The position numbers were made by a program, and so were the translations under genes. Of a stretch of 64,000 nt of DNA, positions 53,494 to 63,200 are shown piece after piece. The stretch's first letter is position 1, and every line of letters starts with the position of its first letter. Source of the DNA: Eubacteriales bacterium (GTDB taxonomy: Bacteria; Bacillota; Clostridia; Oscillospirales; CAG-382). The notes beneath the pieces were generated by a model. The model did no database searches. It worked only from the letters and a program-made list of their open reading frames with translations, and was not told where the DNA came from. Location of the stretch: contig JAZRGS010000075.1 of assembly GCA_045644305.1 (NCBI GenBank), forward strand, positions 465 to 64,464. Reading direction: 5' to 3'.

Positions 53494-56400
53494 TTAAAGC
53501 GGTTTTTCGGGGTCTTCGAACGGGGTTGCGCCCTTGAGGCTTGTGGTTGTAGACAAGGGATAAACCGATGTGTACATATTAAAGCCTCTGCCGTATTCGT
53601 CTTCACGCATACGGGAAATGATTTCCTCACGCTTACCTGTCGCGAACTCGTTTATAAGGTATGCGTACTGAACCTCACTCCACTTCGCCATACCCTCGTA
53701 AATTTCGAGGTTAAGCTTCTTACCGTAGAGCTTCTTGATCTTCTTCGCATCCCAATTGAGATACTGCCAAATGTGAGTCATTTCGTGAACCATTGTCATG
53801 GTTGCGCTGATACGAGGCGAGCCGTTTTCAAGAAGGATAGAATATCCTTCCTTATCCTTAATAGCCACGCCCAATACGCGTCCGTCGGAGTTGCCCGTGG
53901 GAACAAAGCGTTTGCCGAGCTTGCGGTGCAAGGTCTTTGCGTTAACCATCTTGATCTGAACGGGTTCGTTTATCACGACACCGTAGAAGACCTTCATGTT
54001 ACGCATTACATCCTCGTAAAGCTGCTTAAATTCCTTTTCGGTCTTAACAGCGGTACGGCTGCAGGAGATACAACGCTCTCTGCCGTCGGCGAGAACCTCA
54101 TATTCGGTACCGAGAAGCTCGGTTCCGCAGAAGTCGCAGTAATGGTTGCCCGAGCGAGTCGGGTCATAGCTGCCTTCAAGGCGTTCTGCCTCGTGCTTGC
54201 CCTTTCTTGCCTGCTCGAGGAAGCCGTTCGCATATCCGAGACTTGTCAGAAGCGCGAGCGTTCCGTCGATATCAATGCTTTCGGGCATATCGGTTCCGCC
54301 GTAAAGGAGGTAATAGCGTTCGTGATAGGGCTTGCGAGCGAATTCCTTGCTGTTTACAAGCTTGCTGCCATCTGCTTCGAATTCGAACTGAGCGGCAATG
54401 CCTTCACCCTGAGGTGCGCCTTCGGGTACATCGACTCCGTCAAGGCCTTCGCCGTAATCGGGGTCGTCCTCGGGCATGGGCTGAGGCTCGGGCGCGCTTT
54501 CGCCCTCGTCGGAGGGTTCGGAATCAGCGGCAGGCTCTGCTTCGTCCTTTTTCTTCTTTTTACCGAAGCCGAAGAAGCTGTACATAGAGATGCTTGCATT
54601 TGCATCAAGCTCGCCGTCATCCTCATCCTCGGTAGCCGAAGAGTCGGTGTTTTCGGCACTTTCGGGAGTGTTCAATTCTTCATCGTCGATGTCGGAAACG
54701 TCAAAGGGAAGGTCGCCGTCGTCGGAAGAAGCTTCGGCGGAGGGCTTGTCGCCCTCGGTCAATTCTTCGTCGTCGATATCCGATACGTCGAACGGCAATT
54801 CCTCGCCGTTTTCGCCCGTCGGAGTCGTTACTGTCGAATCAACGTCCGCGTCCTTGTCCTTTTTCTTTTTACGTTTAAACAATCTCTTGAAGAAGCCCTC
54901 GCGCTTCGGCTTATCGCCGGTATTACCGTCGGTTTGCTCGGTTGCGCCCGCCGCTCCGTCCTTCGCAGGCTCGTCGTCGGTCTTGGGCTTACGTCCGAAC
55001 AGCTTTCTGAAGAAGTTTCCGATTCCGCGGAACATCTTCTTGAAGAATCCGCCGATTTTCTTGAAGAATCTGCCGATTGCCGCGAAGAATCCCTTGATTC
55101 CCTTCTTTTTCTTTTCTTCCTCGGGAACCGTATAGTCGGGCTTTTCGGGCTCGACAGGGGGAGGACTCATGCTTTCGGCAAGGGTTTCGTTATGCCATTC
55201 GATATAGTCGTGAATGATGGTGAATATGCGGTTGAGGTTTCTTTCAACGCTTACCAACAAGCCGATATCGAGCTGGCTGTCTTCAATAATATAAATAGCG
55301 TTTGCGGAAGGCTGATATTCACCCTCGCCCTTAAGCGAGTAGGTTACGGGCACCTCGGCTTCGTTCGCGGTAACCGCAACTATCATGCCCTGATTGTCGG
55401 CATAAAGTGTACGGAATACCTCGTTCATAAGCAGAGCGATGGTATTTAATATCTTCGGGGTGATACCCTCACCCTCGGTGAATTCGATCTTGAGCATCTG
55501 CTTGTTACTGTACTCGCGCTTGGGCACGCCGTTGATCTGGATGCACTTGCCCGTGCTGAAGTCGTTGTAACGCTTCATGCTCCAATACGCGGGGGTTTCG
55601 ACGGCAATATCTGCATATTGCTTGGTCACCTTAACCCCGCCGATGTCGCGCATATCGCCCATCATCGTGGAATCGACAGCCGACGAAATGGTGTAGTTAC
55701 GAACCTGACGGTATTGAGGTCTGCCGTTGATATGGTCTGCGGCACGGCGAACTATAACCTTGCCGTCGGAGGACAAACGAAGCATTTCGTAATACTTGCC
55801 CCCGAAGGTAAAGAACTGACCGGGCAGATACTTCTGGAAGACGTGACCGCGAAGCTCGGTACCGAGGTACTGCTTTTCTCCCTTTTCGTCCTCGGCGATG
55901 TATTCGGCAGAGCAAAGGTCGCCCAAGAATACGTCGACGAAGCGCTTGTCGGAGATAGAGTACATATTTTCGATGTTGCCGGTTTTGTAGGAATACTTGC
56001 GCTGAACGTCGATAACCGACGGGCCGAACACGTATTCCCTGCCGTTCTTCATTATGTGAAGCTCGTCTTCACCGTCAACCGTTGCGATGCCTGCGTTTTG
56101 CGAGCACTTGCAAATGCTTTGCCAGATGGTCGACGCAATATTTTCGGTATCCATATCGATAAGCGAAAGCTCACGCGCGATTTCATCCTCGAGCACGTTG
56201 TAGGAGCTCAAGCGCAGACAAAGTCTGTAAATAACGTTTCTTTCGGTGCCCGCATAATCGGCAACGATATAGGGAATCGCCTTGGAGTCGGCATTGAAGA
56301 TGGTATCGTTAGCCGACATATAATCTTTAAGAAGATATTCCGAGGAGATTACGTTGATAAAGCCCTGCTTCTTGGCACGCGTGGAGAATTCACGCTTAAC

Positions 56401-58233
56401 CTCGAACATATTGTAGCTTTCGTCCTCGACAGTGATGTAATTGTAATCCTCTGCCTCGGCATCCCACATATTCGGGGTTGCCTTAAAGACGTCGTCAACG
56501 ATATTTTGCTGTGCGGGAAGCGCCGCATAGGTGAGCAGATCGTAGTGATACTGCTTCACGATCCAGTGCATATCAAGCACGGGGAATGCTTCGCCGCCGT
56601 ACCAAGCGGTTTTGGACACCTGATTCTTGAGCGCGGTGAACGAAAGCTCGGTACCGACACCCAAGTATCTCGAAAGGTTGGGTAACATTCTGTGCTGAAG
56701 GTGCTCGTCGTCGACCTCCCAGCACATATAAGAGGAAGTTCCGCCGTGTCTGTTCGTCGCAGAAACCTCTTCAAGGCTCGTCATAAGAATGTGCGAAAGT
56801 GCATCGACGATGCCGTCGCAGTTTTTGTCGGCAGAACAGAAAACAAGGCGCTTTCCATCTCTGCGGCAATGTCTTACAAGCGAGTTAAGACCGATCTGTG
56901 CGGTTGCAACCAGCCTCGAGGGCTCGATAATTACGACGAATTCGACGTCCTTAAAGAATTCCTCGTTTGCTTCGTGCATTTTCAAATCGTGAACGCAGGA
57001 TCTTGTTACGATACCGACGTCAAGATTCTTTTCCTCATCACCCAAAACGCCGATATTCCAAAGCGTCGGAATGTGGCAAACCGACGTCAAGCCGTCGCGA
57101 AGCCATTCCTCAACGCCATCCTCGATCGCGTGGCGTCCGCAAACGACAAGCACCTTTTTACGGCGAAGTATCGCGCGGTTCATCGGATAGAAGATATAAG
57201 GAATAAGGTCGTAATAGAAGGGGTTGTTGAAGAGTATGCTCTTACCCTTTAAAAGATCGAGACCCGACATCAAATAGTTTTGGTCGACGTCAAGACCCTG
57301 CATCGTTTTATGACGCATGAATTTGCCGTATGCCTCGATAGCGACCTCATCGTCGTCCTCGAGGTTGCCGATAAGCTCGTCGTTCGTGCGGTAATGAAGC
57401 AAGCCGTTGTTTACCGTGGTGTTTTCGCTTAAAAGCTTATCACCGAAGGTGCGGCGAAGCACGTTACGCATAAGCGTATAATCGCAAATCGAGCTCGAGC
57501 TGTCTGCCTCGCCCTCGATCGTGCCCTTGTCCTCTGCATAGAAGGGGCCGTTGAGGTAGAAGTAGATTTCACCGACAAGAATAAGGCTGAAAATCGGGTA
57601 ATACATGGATGCGATCAATTCGTGGGTGTACATCCAAGCGGTGATACCGATGCCGGCAACGGCAAACACGAACGTAACGATATAAAGCGTCTTCATAAGG
57701 GTCACGCCCTGAGAAAATGCCTCGCGCACGAACATTTTGCCGCGGCGCTCGTCCTTGTAATAAACAAGACCCGCGAACCAATCGTAATGCTTCTTGCCTT
57801 CCTTGCAGAAAAGCTTCATGAAGCGGATGATTATTCCCTTGAAGGGAACGTAAACGATTGCCACAAGCGTATTCGCGATGATTCCCGCCCAGAACGGGAT
57901 ATTGAGCGACTTGATGAATTCCTCAAGCTTGGGCACGATTTCGCGAATCTTGTACGCAAAATCCTCAAACCTGCCCTCGAGCAAGCCCGCGATCCAATCG
58001 GCGCCGTAGGTCAACCAAGTCGTAATCTGGTTGAAAACGTTAACGATAAGAGCGTTTATCTTGCTGAGGAATACACCTGCCACTATGCAGAAGATCAAAG
58101 CGATTATCGGCATATAGCATTGGCGGGAGCGCTGTTCCTTTTTAAGGTTCATCTTTGCGGAAAGAAGCACCAACAGAAGGAACGGCGCACTAACCAAAAG
58201 CACGTCAAGGAGAAACGAAAGCAGCTTAATCAT
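53494..58233 (-). CDS. giant polytopic membrane protein (gene C): about 5 N-terminal TM helices, large unassigned cytoplasmic region, charged disordered linker, zinc ribbon + DA1-like HExxH metallopeptidase module
   Basis: 1579 aa. ATG 58233 is preceded by GGAGAGAGG and overlaps the gene B stop (ATGATTAA). There are TM helices in aa ~1-225. The segment GLDLLKGKS...KKVLVVCG...VEFVVIIEPS loosely resembles a degenerate NTPase/helicase core without a true Walker A. Basic-aromatic FFKK repeats and acidic repeats lie at 54541-55125. Zinc ribbon CDFCG-X17-CISC at 54061-54141. HEMTH at 53773-53787, followed by IYEGMAKW at ~53685-53705. Confidence 0.7.
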   Translation of the reverse strand: MIKLLSFLLDVLLVSAPFLLLVLLSAKMNLKKEQRSRQCYMPIIALIFCIVAGVFLSKINALIVNVFNQITTWLTYGADWIAGLLEGRFEDFAYKIREIVPKLEEFIKSLNIPFWAGIIANTLVAIVYVPFKGIIIRFMKLFCKEGKKHYDWFAGLVYYKDERRGKMFVREAFSQGVTLMKTLYIVTFVFAVAGIGITAWMYTHELIASMYYPIFSLILVGEIYFYLNGPFYAEDKGTIEGEADSSSSICDYTLMRNVLRRTFGDKLLSENTTVNNGLLHYRTNDELIGNLEDDDEVAIEAYGKFMRHKTMQGLDVDQNYLMSGLDLLKGKSILFNNPFYYDLIPYIFYPMNRAILRRKKVLVVCGRHAIEDGVEEWLRDGLTSVCHIPTLWNIGVLGDEEKNLDVGIVTRSCVHDLKMHEANEEFFKDVEFVVIIEPSRLVATAQIGLNSLVRHCRRDGKRLVFCSADKNCDGIVDALSHILMTSLEEVSATNRHGGTSSYMCWEVDDEHLQHRMLPNLSRYLGVGTELSFTALKNQVSKTAWYGGEAFPVLDMHWIVKQYHYDLLTYAALPAQQNIVDDVFKATPNMWDAEAEDYNYITVEDESYNMFEVKREFSTRAKKQGFINVISSEYLLKDYMSANDTIFNADSKAIPYIVADYAGTERNVIYRLCLRLSSYNVLEDEIARELSLIDMDTENIASTIWQSICKCSQNAGIATVDGEDELHIMKNGREYVFGPSVIDVQRKYSYKTGNIENMYSISDKRFVDVFLGDLCSAEYIAEDEKGEKQYLGTELRGHVFQKYLPGQFFTFGGKYYEMLRLSSDGKVIVRRAADHINGRPQYRQVRNYTISSAVDSTMMGDMRDIGGVKVTKQYADIAVETPAYWSMKRYNDFSTGKCIQINGVPKREYSNKQMLKIEFTEGEGITPKILNTIALLMNEVFRTLYADNQGMIVAVTANEAEVPVTYSLKGEGEYQPSANAIYIIEDSQLDIGLLVSVERNLNRIFTIIHDYIEWHNETLAESMSPPPVEPEKPDYTVPEEEKKKKGIKGFFAAIGRFFKKIGGFFKKMFRGIGNFFRKLFGRKPKTDDEPAKDGAAGATEQTDGNTGDKPKREGFFKRLFKRKKKKDKDADVDSTVTTPTGENGEELPFDVSDIDDEELTEGDKPSAEASSDDGDLPFDVSDIDDEELNTPESAENTDSSATEDEDDGELDANASISMYSFFGFGKKKKKDEAEPAADSEPSDEGESAPEPQPMPEDDPDYGEGLDGVDVPEGAPQGEGIAAQFEFEADGSKLVNSKEFARKPYHERYYLLYGGTDMPESIDIDGTLALLTSLGYANGFLEQARKGKHEAERLEGSYDPTRSGNHYCDFCGTELLGTEYEVLADGRERCISCSRTAVKTEKEFKQLYEDVMRNMKVFYGVVINEPVQIKMVNAKTLHRKLGKRFVPTGNSDGRVLGVAIKDKEGYSILLENGSPRISATMTMVHEMTHIWQYLNWDAKKIKKLYGKKLNLEIYEGMAKWSEVQYAYLINEFATGKREEIISRMREDEYGRGFNMYTSVYPLSTTTSLKGATPFEDPEKPL

Positions 58234-60235
58234 ATATTTCCTCTCTCCTTACCGTAATATTTTTAACAAAGTTGACCGGCACGTCGATTCGGTTGCCGCT
58301 GCGCATGAATTCGATCTGCTTTACCCTGCCCTCGGTATAAGGAATCGGGTAAGCGTATTCGACCGGCTTTTCATAGTTATAATCGTATTCCAACATATTC
58401 GAAGTGTCGATTTCCATCTTTTCGACCATATAATGACCGAAAATGTCGCGGGAATCCGCCTTTGCCGTTTCGATATCGATGATATGCTTGCGGTAAAGGA
58501 TCATCTTCGCCTTGTCGGGGTCCTCGCGGTTTTCTGCTGCGTCAAGCACCTTAAAGCCGCGGCGAACGTTGCTGACGTGACCCAAATACTGCGAATAATC
58601 GGACATTGCGCCGTAAATCTCGTTATTTATCTCTTCAGCCGTGCGGTTATACGCCTTAAACTTCTTGACAAGCGCGTGTCTTAAGAAGAAAAGCGTAACA
58701 ACGGCAGTGAGCGCGAAAACGCCGAGCGCCGAAAGCGCGATTATCGCAGAGGTGGTCATATTGAAGAAGCTGGAAGAGGAATTCTGCCAGAATAACGTGA
58801 AGAATCCGAGAACAAAGGCAAATGTTGCGATAGCGCCGATGGTTATCGTCGTGCCCTTGTGCATTCTCTTCCTTATTTTTTCTTTAACCCTTTCGCTATC
58901 CTCGTCGAGCTTTTCGAGGTAAATATCCTCATCGTAAAGATCGGGGATAGGCACAGAAATCATTCCAAGCTCCTCGTTGGCGATGTGCTCCTTAACGTCT
59001 TCTATTTGGAATTCGTTAAGCAAGCCGACTCTCGTCAGGTCGCCGCCCTCCTCGGCGCGGCAATCTGTTGCCGCACGCTTCAGAGCTCTGCGCGCCTGCT
59101 TCAAGGTTCTGTGCAAGGCTTTTTTGGATTTACTGTAACGGGAATCCCAGACAGCGTCCTCTTCCGAGGGACAGCCGTTTGCGAGACCTATGTCTTTATG
59201 AGCTATATACAGCTCCTTCGTGTCGGTATCCTCACTAAAAGTGACCGGAACCGTCACCGAGCTGCAAAAGATCTTTTCCGCCTCTCTGTCGCTCATGCGT
59301 TGAGGACGTTTGGATTTGATTGCAACGATGCGCTGCTCGAGCATATCCTTGGTAAGATCGAGCTTTGCTTCGTAGGTGAAGAGCAGCTCGCGCAGAGCTT
59401 CTTCATCGTGCTCGCAATCAAATTTATAGACTCGGTTCGGACTGAGACTACCGGCAGGTATTTCGTTCGCTGCCAACAGCATAGTCGCATAAAGGAATCT
59501 TACGTAATCGAAGGGATAGTTGCGTTGGGTCTTCGGCAGGATGTCGAAAACAAGATAACGCATCTTGTCAAAGTACATATTCCTGTCGTAGAAACGCGAA
59601 TATTCTGTTTCGTTATGGGTGGTCCAAGCGTTTTCGAAATCCTGGTCCTGAGCGAAAAGGGTACGCTTTGCTACACAAACGACTTCGGACGGAAGAGACG
59701 TGTAAAACACCTCTTCGTTACGAATAGCCTTGCGCAATTCCTCTTTTTTGAGGTATTCCGCAACGTATCGCTTATATTCGTTGTCGCCTTCAAGCTCGGA
59801 TTCGGGCATCGAAACGATCGGGCCCTCGCAGAAATAGGTTACCAAGCGCGTGAGCGAAAATTTAGAGGCTTCTTCGTATGCCTTGAGCTTCTTTTCGTGC
59901 TCGCTTGCGCGATACGCCTCAAACTGCTCGGAGTTGCCCTCGTCGAGCTCGCCGATGATATTTCCTTCAAAGCTTTCGGGCTGATAGCTGACCAAATCAA
60001 ACGGATTTTTCTGTCTGATTCCGTCCTCGTCACAGATAATCAGAGCGCGCCATTCGGTACGTCTGCCGATTGCTTCGGGAAGCTCGGGCACCATTTCAGC
60101 CAGCGTGGTTCCTTCGGGGTTCCATTCACAGAACGCCACGTGCTTGGGATCCATAAACGGCTTTAAAAACAGGCTGTATACGTTGACCTTATCGATATAT
60201 TCCTTTTGGGCTATTATAGCGGTGAACAATTTCAA
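58226..60235 (-). CDS. hypothetical two-TM protein (gene B of the tubulin-like operon)
   Basis: 669-aa ORF beginning at TTG 60235. A second TTG at 60229 has better spacing (9 nt) from GGAGG at 60239-60243. Two adjacent TM helices (TITIGAIATFAFVLGFFTLFW and AIIALSALGVFALTAVVTLFFL) lie at about aa 470-530. No domain recognised. Confidence 0.6.
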   Translation of the reverse strand: MKLFTAIIAQKEYIDKVNVYSLFLKPFMDPKHVAFCEWNPEGTTLAEMVPELPEAIGRRTEWRALIICDEDGIRQKNPFDLVSYQPESFEGNIIGELDEGNSEQFEAYRASEHEKKLKAYEEASKFSLTRLVTYFCEGPIVSMPESELEGDNEYKRYVAEYLKKEELRKAIRNEEVFYTSLPSEVVCVAKRTLFAQDQDFENAWTTHNETEYSRFYDRNMYFDKMRYLVFDILPKTQRNYPFDYVRFLYATMLLAANEIPAGSLSPNRVYKFDCEHDEEALRELLFTYEAKLDLTKDMLEQRIVAIKSKRPQRMSDREAEKIFCSSVTVPVTFSEDTDTKELYIAHKDIGLANGCPSEEDAVWDSRYSKSKKALHRTLKQARRALKRAATDCRAEEGGDLTRVGLLNEFQIEDVKEHIANEELGMISVPIPDLYDEDIYLEKLDEDSERVKEKIRKRMHKGTTITIGAIATFAFVLGFFTLFWQNSSSSFFNMTTSAIIALSALGVFALTAVVTLFFLRHALVKKFKAYNRTAEEINNEIYGAMSDYSQYLGHVSNVRRGFKVLDAAENREDPDKAKMILYRKHIIDIETAKADSRDIFGHYMVEKMEIDTSNMLEYDYNYEKPVEYAYPIPYTEGRVKQIEFMRSGNRIDVPVNFVKNITVRREEIYD

Positions 60236-60250
60236 TCACCTCCGTTCTTC

Positions 60251-60277
60251 CCGACCCGCCGTATCACGACGGGTCGG
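60251..60277 (-). other. GC-rich intercistronic hairpin between genes A and B
   Basis: On the minus-strand RNA this forms an 11-bp stem, ccgacccgucg / cggcgggucgg (one G-U pair), with loop ugaua. No U-run follows. The RBS of gene B begins 8 nt downstream. Confidence 0.6.
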
Positions 60278-60290
60278 CAATATCATTAAA

Positions 60291-63200
60291 TCAACCAAGC
60301 TTTTCCTTCATTTTGTTGATCATGGACACATAATCGGAGGGTTCGGGAGTTGCTTCGATTACCTGTCTGATCTTGCGAAGGATGATTTCGAGAACGGGGT
60401 TGTCCTTCTTTTCGAATCCGCCGCGAAGCTTAGGATACTTATCGTATTTTTCCATAAGAAGGTTATACTGCTGTTCAAGGATCTTACAAAGAACGAACTT
60501 AACGTCGTCCTTGTCTTCCCACATAAGAAGCTCGTCTTCGAAGGTCTTGATAACAGCATCTACGATAGCGGAGATTTCACCGTTGAAGCGCTTGTTGTTG
60601 GGAAGCGATGCATAGTAGTAAACAGGGATTTCGAAGAGCGAGGAAACTTCGCCTGCGGGAATATCGTTTTCCTTGCAATCGTCGTCAACTCGGCTTTCGC
60701 AGATAAGGAAGCTGTCGAGCGACTTCTTGAATTCGGTTTCCTCGTAGCATGCGTGGTGCATACGGTCCTTGTAGTTCTTCTTTGCCTTGATAACGTCGAT
60801 ATCAGAGACAATGAAGGGGCTGATGTACATCGAGTCTACCAATTCATAGAATTCGTCGCAAGGTGTGTTGTTCGAAACCGAAAGGGTTACGTACTGCTCG
60901 TCGGAATTCTGATACTTATAAACCATTCTGTCGTCAGCAACAAGAGAAAGCTTGCAGCGACGGAGCGCCTTATAAATAAGACCGTAGATCATAGCCTGAT
61001 GGATTCTGAGCATTTCGCGTTCCTGATGACCGAAGTCGAGCTCAGGCATTCTGGAAATGTTATCCCAGCGCTTGTCGATGTGGGTAGAGATCTTTGCACC
61101 CTTGGTGGTGTCGGGACCGATATCTCTTGCATAGCTTACGTATGCGTTGTAGTAGAGACCGCCCTTTCTCTTGGTGGTTTCGGTGATCTGAGGAGCGGCA
61201 AACTTGTTGAGCTTGTCGGGAGTGAGGTTATAAAGAGCGTTGAAGAAGCGAAGCTCGTACTTCGAGATGCTGTCGACCGCGTTACCCTTGGGCATGAGGT
61301 CCTTAACTCTGTAAGTACGCATTTCGGTGAGCGCTCTGTTATATGCAACAAGTGCGATTTCGCGAGATTCAACGTTACGCATACGCTGAACCGAGGGAGC
61401 CGCAAGGCGTGCACCCATCGCGATAACTTCCTTGATGTGTCTTTCGTAATCTTCGTTGCTGAGCTTATCGAATACCTTTTCGGTCTTGCCCTCGATACCG
61501 TTCATCATTTCGTTTTCTTCGCGGGTCTTACGACGAGCGGAGAGACGCTTTTCAAGCGCGATAGCTTCGATGATGTTTACGTCGAGAGAAGCGCACTTGC
61601 GGCGAACGTCCTTCTTGAAGTAGCCAACGAGAACGTCGTCGAAAATGTCGATACGCTTATCCTCTTCAACAACATCAAGAGCAGCCATTTCGCGTTCGAA
61701 TTCAACGTTCTGCTTCATTGCGTCGAAGATTTCAGCGTTTGCTTCGGAATCGAGAAGAGTGCCTTCCTTGCTCTGGCTCTTGGTGGAAAGGCTTGCTTCA
61801 TCGAGAAGGTCCTTGGATGCGCAAACGTTGAATACCGAGTCACCCTTACGGAACGAAAGGATATCTACAAGATCGTCCTTCTTCTTGGTGAGGGCTTCAA
61901 CCTTTTCCTTGAAGGTTGCATAGAATCTTTCGAATGCTTCGCAAAGATCCTTAACGTAATCGTAACCGATTCTGTAGGTTGCGAGCTTTGCTTCGGCTTC
62001 ACCGTACTTGGTGATACCTGCATAATATTTGGGGAAGTAATCGTTGAGCTGGTCATAAACCTGCCATGCACCCTTCATCTTTTCCTTGAAGGAGGGTTCT
62101 GCGAGAGCAACTTCACAAAGTGCATCGAGGTTTCCTTCCTGCTCCTTAGTGTACTTAGCGTCGAACTTTTCGGGGTTATCCTGCTTGCTGGAGAAGATAT
62201 CAAGTGCCTTCTTGGCCGAGTCGCGGATAGCAGAAGTTTCGTTCAACTTCTTATCGAACGCGGTCTGGAGAGAGTAAAGAATGTAACGCATTGCGTTAGG
62301 ATGGCAAACCTCACCATAGGTGTTCTTCATAAGAGCCTCGAGGGTGTGCTTATCCTGTTCCTTAGCGTTGATGGTCTTGGTTTCGTTACGGAAGATAGCT
62401 TCTGCAACGCCTTCTGCGATCTTATACGCCTTTTCACCCATAATTCTTTCGTAATTACGGAGCTTGCCAAGGTCGCCGGAAGCGTTACCGCACTTATCGG
62501 GGTTGCTTCTGTAATCGATCTTATTTCTGAGAAGGTTTGCGCCGGTCATCGCGTTGCGAACCTCGTTATTGTTGCGGAGTTCCTTAAGAACCTCTGCTTC
62601 GAGTGCTGCGATGTATGCATTGATACGGCTCTTTGCGCCGTTGAGGTACTTGTCGCGAAGATCCTTCGAGAAGTTATCCTTAGAGGAATCGAGCTTTTCG
62701 ACGTAAACCTCGGGGAGCTTGGGAAGGTCTGCAAGAGAGAGACCCTTCTTGCGTGCTTCCTGCTGAAGTACGTAGAATGCCTTGTCGTATCTCGACCACT
62801 TTGCAGCTTCGCCTTCGCCGCCGATGCTTTCGATAGCCCAGTCGTATGCAACGTAGTCTGCAATGTCTTCGTACGGATAGCGGATGGTAGCCGCGCCGAT
62901 AGCACCGAAACGGTTACGGCCGTAGTTACCGGGGTTGGACATTTCCTTGATGATGTTATCTTCAACCGAGAAAGCATTCTTCTGCATAGGACCGATGTTC
63001 TGTTCGTAAAGCGCCTGTGCAGCCTGCTTCTTATACTGTTCGATACTTACAAGGGTGGTATCCTCGGCGTCCTGACCATCCATAAGGAAGCAGAAGCCGA
63101 AGGGGAGGATGCCCAAGGACTTCTTGTCCTCGGTGCCGGGGATCGGGAAATCGATGTGAAGGTTGCCGTAGCGCTTGAGGTCGCTTTCAACGTCAAGGAA

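Noticed and set aside
53431-55449. 672-aa plus-strand ORF, and other plus-strand ORFs over gene C (55618-56685, 57622-58257, 58859-60166)
   Set aside because: These are shadow ORFs opposite the 1579-aa and 669-aa minus-strand genes. They show no motifs and have an implausible composition.
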